NCBI GenBank assembly: GCA_016840085.1 | Contig: JAEOTA010000012.1 | Location: 96,001-160,000, forward strand | DNA: 64,000 nt | DNA from: Promethearchaeota archaeon | GTDB lineage: Archaea; Asgardarchaeota; Lokiarchaeia; Sigyniarchaeales; SOKP01 | Reading direction: 5' to 3' | Shown: positions 1 through 10,600 of the stretch, piece after piece | How positions within the stretch are numbered: position 1 is the first letter of the stretch | Layout: each line of letters begins with the position of its first letter | Notes under the pieces: generated by a model | Told to the model about the DNA's origin: nothing | What the model saw: only the letters and a program-made list of their open reading frames with translations | Database searches by the model: none | Position numbers and translations under genes: made by a program

Positions 1-291
1 AAAGGTGTTTATTATCTTCTTAAAGGTATTGGTTATGGGATATTCAAGTTATGTGAAGGATTTTATAATTTAATTTCAGGAAGTTCTAATTCCAAAAAAC
101 AAACCGAAAATAAAATTATACCAGTTGAAGATGCAAATAGAAGAAATATAATATATTGTACTGAATGTGGCAATACTTTCTCAGAAAAAATGATCTTGAA
201 ATTGAATAATGACGGAGTTGTCTTTTGTGTCAATTGTGGGAAAAATTTTCAATTAGTGGATACTCTTAGAGCTCCAATAATATCTAAATGA
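1..291 (+). CDS. 3' part of a protein with a C-terminal Zn ribbon (partial)
   Basis: Frame open from base 1 to TGA 289-291; CTEC...CVNC motifs. Confidence 0.8.
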   Translation, partial: KGVYYLLKGIGYGIFKLCEGFYNLISGSSNSKKQTENKIIPVEDANRRNIIYCTECGNTFSEKMILKLNNDGVVFCVNCGKNFQLVDTLRAPIISK

Positions 292-369
292 ATATTTATA
301 AATAATATCTCAATTAAAAAAAATTAAATTAAAAAATTAATGATAATAATAAAGGAGTAGTACAAAAGA

Positions 370-1932
370 ATGTCAAAAAAAATGCTCTACTTTTGTAGAG
401 AGTGTGGATATGAATTCCCTACGGAACTATCTAATTTAATTGACCAAAAAATTCAAGTGTATTGTGAAAGATGTGGTTCTCCTTTTGTTTTAGAGGGTGT
501 GTACTTTAGACCAGCAACACCCTATGCTACCCAAAAGGTAAAACCATCTTATATATTATCTAAAAAGGAAACTTCTGGTTTAGATAGGTTTATACAATTT
601 TTAAATAAAATTTCATTCATTCCTATTTTTATTTTTACAATTATTTCGTTTGGACTAATTGCTGAAATTGCAATTAACCCAGAAAATTGGTTTTTTGTTC
701 TAACTAACCGATTTTTACAAGGATTAATAGGTTTAGTGCTTTTGATATATGATAGAGCATATATAGCTCCTAAGGTAAAAGAAAAAAAATATAATGAAAT
801 ATTTTTGGATTCATTTTGCTGGGGTATATTAGGCTGCATTTTATACGGTACTGGAGTAATCATCTTAATAAGAGGAATTTTTATTATTTTCTATGTAATT
901 AGCGCCTCTGAAAATAAAGATTTACGTTCCTATGATTATGGATTGCTGGCAAAAAACTCAATAAATTACTTTTCTGCTAAAGCAGGCTTTTTAATAATTT
1001 TATTTGCAATTTATAGAGCCATTTCAGATAGGATTTATATAGATATCGATTTTTATGGTTATTTTCCTTTTATCGGGTTTCCAGAGATAGTAATAGTTTT
1101 TATTGTTTTATTTTGGATTTCAGTGATAGCATTGCTTATTGATAACAAGGTAAAAGATAAGATTAAAGAGAAACGCGAATTTGAATTAAATGACTCAATT
1201 AAAATATTTTTCCTCGGAATCCTGGGCACATTGTTTTATGCTGCTGGAATCTTCGTGTTGTTAAAAGGAATTCTATTGTTTTTCCTAATTCACGGGAAGC
1301 CCTCAGAACCAATCCAAATTGAAATAGTAGAAGAAAAACCCACATATGTCCCTCCTGTATATGAACAACGTAGGGAAATGGCTCCTCAACCAGAAGAACT
1401 CGAAATGAAAGAAATCGATAAACCAATCATAAGTCAAGCACCAATAGAGGAAAGAACTAAACCAGAAATAGATAAAGTACCAATAAAAGAATTGAAAGGA
1501 AAAGAGAAAAGAGAAGTAATAGAAAAGAAAAGAGAAGATGAAAGAGAAGAAGTAGATTATAAATTAAAATTACATGAATCACTGTTACCTGTAAAAGATG
1601 AAAAGGATAAGAAATTAGTCAAACAATATTTTACTAAAATTTTTGCTCTCTTATCAAAAGATTTGAGGACACAAATTCTTGATCTTAAAATTCCTAAAAA
1701 AGAAAGAAAGGAACTGCTAGAAGAGCTTGCCTTTTTAACTAAAGAAGAGCAAACTAAGTATGTAGAAGCATTAGTAAATTTATATAGAGAAATCCCTAAG
1801 AAACTTATAGCAAGAATCCGGAAACTTTCAAATGTTAAACCAGAGCACTATTCTAAGATAATAGATCAACTGAAATATATGGATTATGAAGAACAAATCC
1901 AATTTGTACAATTTTTAGAGGAAAACGCCTAA
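370..1932 (+). CDS. Multi-pass membrane protein with N-terminal Zn ribbon and charged C-terminal domain
   Basis: CREC/CERC pairs, several hydrophobic helices with an internally repeated segment, E/K-rich tail. Confidence 0.85.
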   Translation: MSKKMLYFCRECGYEFPTELSNLIDQKIQVYCERCGSPFVLEGVYFRPATPYATQKVKPSYILSKKETSGLDRFIQFLNKISFIPIFIFTIISFGLIAEIAINPENWFFVLTNRFLQGLIGLVLLIYDRAYIAPKVKEKKYNEIFLDSFCWGILGCILYGTGVIILIRGIFIIFYVISASENKDLRSYDYGLLAKNSINYFSAKAGFLIILFAIYRAISDRIYIDIDFYGYFPFIGFPEIVIVFIVLFWISVIALLIDNKVKDKIKEKREFELNDSIKIFFLGILGTLFYAAGIFVLLKGILLFFLIHGKPSEPIQIEIVEEKPTYVPPVYEQRREMAPQPEELEMKEIDKPIISQAPIEERTKPEIDKVPIKELKGKEKREVIEKKREDEREEVDYKLKLHESLLPVKDEKDKKLVKQYFTKIFALLSKDLRTQILDLKIPKKERKELLEELAFLTKEEQTKYVEALVNLYREIPKKLIARIRKLSNVKPEHYSKIIDQLKYMDYEEQIQFVQFLEENA

Positions 1933-1934
1933 AA

Positions 1935-2828
1935 ATGTCACTTGAAAGAAGAAGAGAAGTTAAAAAAACAAAAGAAAAAGAGATTTTAGAAGATAGTTCA
2001 TTTAGGCGTGAAGATTTTAGACCATTACAAGAATTTAAAGAAGTAGAAGAAAAAGAGATAAAAGAAGAAAAAGTAATCGAGGAATTAACCGAAATTGAAA
2101 AGGACGTTCTAGATGTTGCTAAAGATATTTTAAAATTAAAACGTTATGATGCTGAATTTGAGATTGAATCACAAAGTCAAATACAAAAATATCCAATAAT
2201 CGAAAAACTCTATGCTAAATGCAGAGCGAAACTTTCTTATAGAAAAGGATATAGTAAGGAAGAAATCTTTCTTGCGATTAGAACTTTAGAGGAAAAATCA
2301 TATATTGTCACGAATGAGAGGAGAACTAAATTAGAAATACTTTCTAATGAAAAACTTATGAAGATTTTAAATTTCATTAAAGAAAATCCTGGAATCCATG
2401 CAAGAGATGAAAAAATTACGACTGAATTAGAAATAACCAGAACCCCATTTTTAAAACATGTAATGACTCTAGAACGCTTTGATCTTATTAGATCTAAGAA
2501 AATTGGTAAATCTCTTCATTATTTTTTAAGTGAAGTACCAGAAGATTATGACAAATTTAAGGTCATTTTTCTAAATCCCTTGATTCCTCAAATCTTAGAA
2601 GAATTTTTTAAAGATAAATCAATAAAAATTTCAGAAATTGGAAATACTCTTGAAATTTATTCTGGGACAATTTTATATCATGTTAAGAAATTAAAAGAAC
2701 TAAATATAGTCAAATCCACTAAAAATCAATCAAATAAGAAAATTCATCTTGTGAATGTTGAGCTATTAAAAAAATATAATGATTATTTTAAAGAACCGGA
2801 TTTCTCTAAACTTCTAAAAGGTTTATAA
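1935..2828 (+). CDS. Tandem winged-helix transcriptional regulator
   Basis: ILNFIKENPGIH...HVMTLERFDLIRSKKIG and ISEIGNTLEIYSGTILYHVKKLKELNIV wHTH patterns. Confidence 0.8.
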   Translation: MSLERRREVKKTKEKEILEDSSFRREDFRPLQEFKEVEEKEIKEEKVIEELTEIEKDVLDVAKDILKLKRYDAEFEIESQSQIQKYPIIEKLYAKCRAKLSYRKGYSKEEIFLAIRTLEEKSYIVTNERRTKLEILSNEKLMKILNFIKENPGIHARDEKITTELEITRTPFLKHVMTLERFDLIRSKKIGKSLHYFLSEVPEDYDKFKVIFLNPLIPQILEEFFKDKSIKISEIGNTLEIYSGTILYHVKKLKELNIVKSTKNQSNKKIHLVNVELLKKYNDYFKEPDFSKLLKGL

Positions 2829-2955
2829 TCTAATGAAGATTTCTTAGGGTTGATATCTGGCTTAAGAGAAATAATAATCAATTATTTCTTGATTTAATAT
2901 ATTCATAGATAAATTTAATCAACAATAGTTTTTCCAAATAAAAACTAAAAACAAA

Positions 2956-3365
2956 CTATATATCTTCTACAAAATAGATCCAGAAATCCTTACCTTTTTG
3001 CTTTTTCAGGATTAAAAAATTTATTTTCAATTAAAAAAGAGGAAATTGTTATACAGTAAGAACTGCCTGCACTTGCTGAAGATGCTTTAAACGGATAATA
3101 ATTTTTTTAATATTTTAAGAATTGTTACATCTCAGTTTTACTTTTAGCTAAAAGGTCGTGTTCTAGGCTATTTTCAACAATATAAATATCATATTCATTA
3201 TCATTGTCAATATATTTGTTTTTAAAAATTTAAGGAGGTACATTAATATAATTACCAGAGGTGCTATAGATTCATTTATGTCGATAAACTATCCATCTAT
3301 CCTTTAATTGCTTGGTCAATTTTAGAAATTAATTCTATTTCCTTATATCATCATTATTCATCCAT
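2956..3365 (-). pseudogene. Degraded paralog of the tandem AbrB-like gene at 14817-15140
   Basis: Reads YPFKASSASAGSSYCITISSFLIENKFFNPEK...FWIYFVEDI* versus LPYKASPAKGGGQQYRFTIPTFLIKNNYFDPDK...YWVYYSEV; stops and frameshift present. Confidence 0.7.
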
Positions 3366-3388
3366 GATTTTCTTCGAAATTTTTTATA

Positions 3389-3453
3389 TTTTTTAATCTT
3401 CTAAATAACTTTTGCTCATTAGGACGTAAAAGTCTACCAGTCTACCAGCTTTA
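3389..3453 (-). repeat. 65-bp internal fragment of the TFB gene
   Basis: Matches about 54888-54944 with one mismatch plus a tandem duplication of tctaccag (3433-3448). Confidence 0.9.
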
Positions 3454-3769
3454 CTCACATTCCCTTTTATAGGTCTCACACCGACTGTAATTTCAATGGC
3501 AGGTAAAATCCCAAATTATATTCATGAAATTTTGCGTAGTCTAGGAATAATTTCTGAACCATTATCTTTAGATACCAATGTTTACAAACCAATTTAAATA
3601 TTAAATCTCACTTTTTTTATGTTCAAATCTCTCACTACTGGATTTTGCATTTACCCTATTTTTTTTGTATAAATAGATCTACCATATTTATTGTCTAAAA
3701 ACATAATTTAAGGCATTTTTTAAATTTAGGTAATAAAATTTTTTGAGTCTAAACATAGACAAGATAGAT

Positions 3770-5164
3770 TCACACCTTCAATGTAGTGTTATCCCTTGCT
3801 AAACCTAAAAAATAATTCCGTACGCCTTCTTTCTTGGATTTTGACATACCGCATTTTCTCAATGATAAAGGGATTATCTGTTTTATAAACCGTTTGACCG
3901 TGTCGGGAGCGACTCCCAATACTTTTGTTGCTTTTTCTTGAGAATAGGAGTCAATTCCGATATATAAAATAAAAGATAGTACAACCTTCTCTCGACGGGT
4001 AACACAAAGTAGGGCCATTCTTTTACAAACCCCCTTGATCAATTCATGAAGGATATCAGTGTTCTCTTTAATTTCTTTTATATATATGAATCGCTTTAAT
4101 AACTGAGTTATAGGGTCATAGACCATTAATATACACGCCTTCTTGGTTGTTAATCCTTGGTCTGTCTGTTTAATTCTTTTAAGCTTTTCTTTTCTACCAG
4201 CTAAGATAGGATTACCATACTTCTTTTCTCCTTTTATTGATAAATTGATCCCAAAATAGATTCTTAATCCCTTACTTCTGCCTGATTGATTTGTCGTGAC
4301 GCCAAGTCTATGTAAGTAATTTGTTAATTTTGCTTTGGTGATAGCTTTAAATCCTTTTTCCTTAAGATATATGTTTACTGCCTGTAATAATCCTTTTTGA
4401 GTAATCATTTTCTCTTCGCTTAAAATACATAACCTTTCTATGAATTTTCTTATGTTCACATCAGTTTTATCTCTTTCAATGAAGACCTCTAAATATTGAG
4501 AATCTCTCCCCGTCCAAGTAAGGAAATTTTTAAGACGGTATAAATATGTTTGTCGTGTTAACATTTTTAGTTTTTTAAAGCTCTTAGAATCAATCCAAGA
4601 TAAGACTCTTGATTTATTAAAATCTAAATCCCATTTAGAAAATTCTCCATATGATATTAGTGGCCTGTGATAACCAAATTTCCCTTTAACTTTTGAATGT
4701 TCCTCAAAAACATTACGAACATTTTGGAAAAATTTTAAAAAAGACTCTGAATCTTCCACTTCTCTCTTTTTGCCCACGATATATTTAGGGATAGCTATAT
4801 TTTTTCCCAGCCATTTAGCAAAGCTGTAAATCCTGGTTCTATAACTCTTTTGTGTCTTCTCACTTAGATTTTGAAATTCTATTGAGCTAAATCCTTTAAT
4901 CATATCATTTTCTGAAAAATCTATTCTCCAGTTGATACATCTCCCAAATTTAATTAAGGCTGATTTCCAAGTTGATCTTGATCGGTTGGAAGTAGTGATA
5001 TTTTGATCTAAAAAGGTATTTGTTTTCTTAAGATATAAAATCTTTGCCTTTTTGGAGTCTTCCTTATTGGTTTTCTTATTGAGAATTGCTTCTTCTTCCT
5101 TAATGAATTTAATATTTGATCTTTTATGATTTATTTTATTAATTCCCATTTTATCACCGTTCAT
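3770..5164 (-). CDS. Multi-domain DNA-binding protein (two integrase SAM-like repeats, D5-primase-type wHTH, terminal HTH)
   Basis: SEKTQKSYRTRIYSFAKWLG and KMLTRQTYLYRLKNFLTWTG; FIERLC...GLRIYFGINL; SQEKATKVLGVAPDTVKRF; no tyrosine-recombinase catalytic motifs seen. Confidence 0.6.
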   Translation of the reverse strand: MNGDKMGINKINHKRSNIKFIKEEEAILNKKTNKEDSKKAKILYLKKTNTFLDQNITTSNRSRSTWKSALIKFGRCINWRIDFSENDMIKGFSSIEFQNLSEKTQKSYRTRIYSFAKWLGKNIAIPKYIVGKKREVEDSESFLKFFQNVRNVFEEHSKVKGKFGYHRPLISYGEFSKWDLDFNKSRVLSWIDSKSFKKLKMLTRQTYLYRLKNFLTWTGRDSQYLEVFIERDKTDVNIRKFIERLCILSEEKMITQKGLLQAVNIYLKEKGFKAITKAKLTNYLHRLGVTTNQSGRSKGLRIYFGINLSIKGEKKYGNPILAGRKEKLKRIKQTDQGLTTKKACILMVYDPITQLLKRFIYIKEIKENTDILHELIKGVCKRMALLCVTRREKVVLSFILYIGIDSYSQEKATKVLGVAPDTVKRFIKQIIPLSLRKCGMSKSKKEGVRNYFLGLARDNTTLKV

Positions 5165-5466
5165 TTATTTATTTTTAAATATAAATACCCCCAAATTTTT
5201 ATCTCAATTTCGGGAAACTAAAATCCTTGTAAAAATAATAAACTATACCTTCTAATGACATCTAGAACATAGGAGAAATAGAGGTGAGTGAAAGTATAAT
5301 TAGAAAATGGGAAGAATGAGATATACTAAATTGACTCAAAAAATTAAATCTTAAAGAGAGAGAAAATATAGGCAAGATTGTATTAAATAATTAACTTTTT
5401 TTTATGGACCCCAATAATATCTAGTTACTTTAGTTTTATAAAGCGTATCATTCCATTTCAAAATTC

Positions 5467-6939
5467 TTAACATAAAAATCCCTTAGACAATCCTTTCATT
5501 TTCTTATAACTTTTCATAATAAATATTATCCGTAATGGATTTAAAATAAATAGAAAACCTCTTTTTCTAATAATTCTCTTTAAAATCCCCCTAATTTTAT
5601 TTTTCAGCTTAATATTTTTGAAAGAATAAGTAATGAGATCATGTATTTGCTTCAAAGTTAATTGATAAGTTTTTGTGACGGGATGTAGAAAATCATAGTT
5701 AGACCAATCTTTAGATACAATTAATCCTTTCTCATCTAACTCATTATATATTTCTGTTCCTAGAAATGGTGAAAGTGAAAGCACATTTATAAGATCAATT
5801 TCAGTTTTATTAATAAATCTTATATCCTTCCGAATCATCTCTCCAGTTGCGTTTAAATCCAATCCAATTATTAGTGAACCAAATACAATTATGTCATTAG
5901 CATGTAATATCTTAACAGCTTCCATTATTTTATCGAAAGAAACTTTTTTATTAATATCTTTTAAAGTATCTTCATTTACACTTTCAATACCTATAAACAC
6001 AACCCAGAATCCCGCCTTACTCATCTTCTCAACCATTTTAGGAGATTTTACAATATCATCCGCTCTTAATTGTGTGAAGAATTTAAAATCTCTTATTTCA
6101 TTCTTCTTTTTACAATCAATTATTCTCTCACATAATTTCTCGATTCTTTCCGAATTTATTGCAAAATTATCATCGGTAATATAGATATCTGTAATTTTTC
6201 CATTATGAGAGATCCTTTTTAATTCATTTATTACATTATCTATCTTTCTGGCTCTCCATATTTTATTAAAAAAAGGTGATGTAGAACAAAAATTACAAGA
6301 AAAGGGGCATCCTCTTGAAGTTTCTATGGCATCTAATGATAATCCAAATAATTTATATTTATTTTTTCTAACGAGAGTTCTAGCAGGTAATCTAATATTA
6401 GCAAAATCTTCTTTTCTCATTAATGAGCGATCTGGATTATGAATAATTTCTCCATTTTTTCTATAAGAAATTCCATTTATATTTTCTGGTTTTCCCTTTA
6501 CAATTAATTCTCGGAATGTTAATTCACCCTCTCCTCTAATAATATAATCAATACAATTCAAATTTAATGTATCTTCCGCAACAAAGGTGGGATGCCTCCC
6601 ACCTAATACAACTTTGCAATCAGTATTAATTTCCTTCACCATTTTTGCAATATCTATACAACAATTAATTGCTGAAGACACAAAAACACTAATCCCAACA
6701 ATATTCGGATTAAATTTCTCTATTTTTCTTTTTAATCGAGAATAAGTTAAATTTTCAGCTCTCGCATCAAAAATCTTTAATTCAATACCAAGATCAATTA
6801 TATATGATGCTATATACATTAAATTTAAAGGCGGAAAGACGACTTTAAGATATACCCAACCATTTGATGTATAATTTGGATTGATTAATAAAACTCTATT
6901 CCATCTATATTTCTCTATTATCTTTTCATTAATCTGCAT
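5467..6939 (-). CDS. B12-binding domain radical SAM protein
   Basis: PPLNLMYIAS cobalamin-binding N-terminus; TSRGCPFSCNFC (CxxxCxxC); DDNF; GIES. Confidence 0.93.
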   Translation of the reverse strand: MQINEKIIEKYRWNRVLLINPNYTSNGWVYLKVVFPPLNLMYIASYIIDLGIELKIFDARAENLTYSRLKRKIEKFNPNIVGISVFVSSAINCCIDIAKMVKEINTDCKVVLGGRHPTFVAEDTLNLNCIDYIIRGEGELTFRELIVKGKPENINGISYRKNGEIIHNPDRSLMRKEDFANIRLPARTLVRKNKYKLFGLSLDAIETSRGCPFSCNFCSTSPFFNKIWRARKIDNVINELKRISHNGKITDIYITDDNFAINSERIEKLCERIIDCKKKNEIRDFKFFTQLRADDIVKSPKMVEKMSKAGFWVVFIGIESVNEDTLKDINKKVSFDKIMEAVKILHANDIIVFGSLIIGLDLNATGEMIRKDIRFINKTEIDLINVLSLSPFLGTEIYNELDEKGLIVSKDWSNYDFLHPVTKTYQLTLKQIHDLITYSFKNIKLKNKIRGILKRIIRKRGFLFILNPLRIIFIMKSYKKMKGLSKGFLC

Positions 6940-7118
6940 TATCCTTAATAATAATTTTTATTATTTTGAGTTAGCAACACATACTTTATTCTAGTTTTAT
7001 CAAAACAATCCTTACAATCCTTACTGCAACCATCACACTCCTTCCTCTTAGGTAGCTAAATATAAAGTTTTATAGTATTGCTTTCATCATCATTATAGGT
7101 TATGAATTATTAATCTAT

Positions 7119-7155
7119 GTTTCAATCTTATGTGCTCCGGGCATGGGTGACCAAC
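7119..7155 (-). CRISPR. Solitary CRISPR-repeat-like unit (no array)
   Basis: GTTGGTCACCCATGCCCGGAGCACATAAGATTGAAAC: 37 nt, GTT start, ATTGAAAC end, GC-rich in an AT-rich intergenic region; no second copy found. Confidence 0.55.
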
Positions 7156-7218
7156 GGTGGCTAGATAGGTAAAAATTTAAGATTCAAGGATAACAAGACT
7201 ATACAAATTCCGAATTAT

Positions 7219-8688
7219 CTAAAACCTTGATTGAAATGTTTCAATTTCCCAAGATTTAGATTTTTCATCTCGAGTAGCGCATAGAATTTTTTTACCGTCA
7301 GTACGAACATTTACTAATCCATATATTATTCCTCCTGCAATTTGGGTTCTATCAAAGCTCTTCTTTCTAAGTTTTCGCTTTAGTTTAAAATATATTTCTG
7401 GATTATCCTTTGATTTTAGGGTAATATCAATCTTATTTCCATCGACTTCATAATTTTTTTTCAAAATTTTATGCAACATACTTAGATTAATACTTCGCGA
7501 GATTTCTGTCGAATATAACAAGGGAGTAACGATTTTATCTCTCTTAATGATTTTATATCCAGATAAAGCGCTAGCAGAGAGAACACTGGGACGCGGGTGG
7601 CCATAGGATTCATTATCACCAGAAGATATCACTGTCATTCCAGCATTTATTCTTGAAAGAAATTCAAAAGAGTAGTCTTCACTTCCGTGATGACATGCTT
7701 TGGCTATATCACATGAAAATTCTTGTAATTGGTCTCTATAATGGTTCAAATACCGTTTTTGACTCCTTTTATTCAAGTCTCCTGTTAGCAAAATTCTAAC
7801 ACTGCCATAATCCAATCTAAGGAGAATACTATGACCATTGCTATCTTGACTTGTGGATCCAAATGAAAAAAAAGCAGGTGTACTATCTACTTTGGTTTCA
7901 ATTGGACCTAAAACTTTCAATGATGCTTTTCCATCACATGGTTCAAAATCTGGAATATATCCTGATTTATTGGTAAGACGTTTGATAGGATTGTTATTTA
8001 GTTTTTTAATAACATCATTCATGAATTCTGCCCATGGACCATATAATTTACTTTCATTAACTCCATTCAGAGCCTTTTCAATGCTTTCCTTATCATCCAA
8101 TAACTGTACTAAATAATTTAAATTTTGTTTCTTTACTTTTTTTCCAAGTGTTTTATCCCCCTGAGAAATTACCCATCGCCCTAATCCTGCATGATAAAAA
8201 GCTTTAATTTCAATATTGTCCCATAGAATATCTAATTCTTCTTGTTCCTCTTTATTTATTAAATCCCATAACCCTCCGTAATGATCTTCATCACAATGTG
8301 ATACAATCATTGCATCAATTACCATTTTTTCTAAACCATAATCTTTGTTAAATTTCCAATCTACGAAATCTGCCGTATTTTTTCCTGTAATCTGTTTACT
8401 TCTTCTGTTTCCTCCATCAATCATTACATGTCGACCATCAGGCATTCGTATTAATATTCCATCTCCTTGCCCGACATCTATAAAATATAGTTCAAGAAGC
8501 GGTGTATCCCCAAGAACTGTAGGATTTACATATCCTTCTTCCCCTCTGCCTTTAACTAAGGTTTTCTGTGAATCAGTAGCATCTACTACTTCCACTTCAT
8601 CTCCCCAAAGAAAATAAAGAATAGTTTTACCTTGTTCATCAACTAACTTGGTTGTATCTACATTAATATATTTTTTTGTCATTTTCAA
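7219..8688 (-). CDS. ComEC/Rec2-like metallo-beta-lactamase-fold hydrolase
   Basis: FIDVGQGDGILI, SHCDEDHYGG, LLTGD, HHGS, YGHP motifs. Confidence 0.9.
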   Translation of the reverse strand: MKMTKKYINVDTTKLVDEQGKTILYFLWGDEVEVVDATDSQKTLVKGRGEEGYVNPTVLGDTPLLELYFIDVGQGDGILIRMPDGRHVMIDGGNRRSKQITGKNTADFVDWKFNKDYGLEKMVIDAMIVSHCDEDHYGGLWDLINKEEQEELDILWDNIEIKAFYHAGLGRWVISQGDKTLGKKVKKQNLNYLVQLLDDKESIEKALNGVNESKLYGPWAEFMNDVIKKLNNNPIKRLTNKSGYIPDFEPCDGKASLKVLGPIETKVDSTPAFFSFGSTSQDSNGHSILLRLDYGSVRILLTGDLNKRSQKRYLNHYRDQLQEFSCDIAKACHHGSEDYSFEFLSRINAGMTVISSGDNESYGHPRPSVLSASALSGYKIIKRDKIVTPLLYSTEISRSINLSMLHKILKKNYEVDGNKIDITLKSKDNPEIYFKLKRKLRKKSFDRTQIAGGIIYGLVNVRTDGKKILCATRDEKSKSWEIETFQSRF

Positions 8689-9592
8689 ACCCCAACTTAT
8701 TTAATAATTCAATATTGGATTTTTAGTAGCTGAGGTATGAGGATGAAAGGATCCAATATTTAGTTTTTGATCTTAGATCTTTAATAGAGTTTTAGACCAT
8801 TTTTAGACTTTAATGTAAAAAATATTACACAATGATATCCTTTTTGACGTGTTTTTGCGTTTTCCTGGCACAAGGCTATAATATAATTCCAACTTTAATA
8901 TTTATTTTTTTAAGAGTAGATTTCGGGATGATTATCCTTGTGAAAAACTTAATAATCCTGAAAAGCTATTTCAGAAAATTAAAGAAATAAATAATTGGTT
9001 TAACTAGCAAGATTAATCCATTAGACTTTTTAAGATACTATAAAATAATCTTTAATTGGTTTAGCGACAACAGACCTCCTAATAATAAGCTATCATACTA
9101 AATCATCTCAACTTATAATAGGGAATGGAATATTTAATGATAGTAAAGTACGTATACCTAAGTTAATTCTCAGAGATCGGTTATTCAATTGGGTCAAAAG
9201 AATCAGTTTTAAATTAAAAGAAGTGCTGGCTTCTTTATATTCAATAATATAGAAATCATCGTAGAATACCTTTTTAAAGAAAAGAATATAAAAAAAGTAG
9301 CAATAATAGAATGGGATTGACACCATGGCACCTTTATTTAAAAAATATGAAGGTTTTTTCCAATTAATTGAATTCTTATGAAATTTCTGTTGAGCAAAAA
9401 TTAGATAATCTTATCGATAACCTTAGAAAGGAAAAGAACTCTTCAAAAATGATAGAAGTTAATGAGAAAGCAACCACAATGATTATAAATATATTCCTGT
9501 CTCACATAATTTTTTATTTATAGATTCTATCATGGTGTTGTATACAACTTCACTTTCATGTAATAGTTCCTCATCTACGTTATTGATTGTAT

Positions 9593-10504
9593 CTATCTTA
9601 TTGATTGTTTAAAAATAGGTTTTAAAACATTAACATAATGGTCTCTTATAGAATATTCAGCGATATTAGTAGCTTCAGAAATAATCCATTGAGCTAAGAC
9701 AGGCTTCTGAAAATATTTTTTAGCCAATAGTTTGTCTGCTAAATAAATTATCCCCCCTGTTAAAATAAAGGGATTTCTACCTCCACGCTGTTTCATAGGT
9801 AACTTTTTTAATATTTCACGACACTGTATAGTCAACTTATTTTGAAATTCTCCTTTTGACCAAAGTACATTTTTCTTTTTTAATCTCTCTTCCAAATCTT
9901 TATGATTTATGACTTGATTAATTAATCTCATGAGATAATCTTCACTTTTATGAGGGAAATTCTCATCTTTAATATGATGTTTATATTCTATTCCATCTCT
10001 TAAGATTAATCTCGGATTAACTCGATGACCATAGTTTTGAAAAGCCTCAGAGATCTCCTTTATTGTAATAGGTGCATTATGATATTCTTTCCTCGCAGCA
10101 TAAAATATACAAAACCCTATTAATGAGATATTATTTACAACCTTAACCTCATTTTTGATTATTTTCCTGTAATAATACGCTGCGTTGTTTCTAATATTTT
10201 TATTGAGATTTAGATATGACGAAATTTTATTTAAAATATTAAAAATTCTGTATTCTGTTTCATGATTTTTAAGCCTTAATAATAGGTCATAATTTTTTTT
10301 TAATCTTCTAAATAATTTTTGTTCATTCGGACGTAAAAGTCTACCGGTTTTATCTTTTAAAAACTTAGTATTTCCATAATCTATATATGAACCTAATCCT
10401 CCAATAAAATCAGTACGCTCCCCTAAAGCTATATATTGTTTGCTTAAATTTCTTTCATTATTCTTATTATTTTCAGTATAAACAAAAGATGATTCTTTAT
10501 AAAA
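9593..10504 (-). pseudogene. tfb: 5'-truncated TFB copy lacking start codon and Zn ribbon
   Basis: Colinear with 54185-55096, no indels, about 41 mismatches in 912 bp by manual count; frame open from FYKESSF to stop; TAA at 10505-10507 immediately upstream. Confidence 0.92.
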
Positions 10505-10600
10505 TTATATTGAACCTATTGATTTGAATCTCTGTATAACTTGTAGGAAAGAAAGAAAACAAGATATTATTAAAAAGTTTAAAAGCTTATTACCTTCGGA

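Noticed and set aside
3770-5164. Tyrosine integrase for the island
   Set aside because: Only core-binding-like repeats; no R...HxxR...Y catalytic signature
7000-7220. CRISPR array
   Set aside because: Only one repeat-like unit; neighbouring partial matches lack regular spacing
9536-9550. GTTGTATACAAC palindrome as the partner of the 54121-54178 end
   Set aside because: Single site, different spacing from TGT, and no matching target duplication
9593-9931. Stand-alone 112-aa gene in the ORF track
   Set aside because: It is the tail of the truncated TFB copy that extends to 10504
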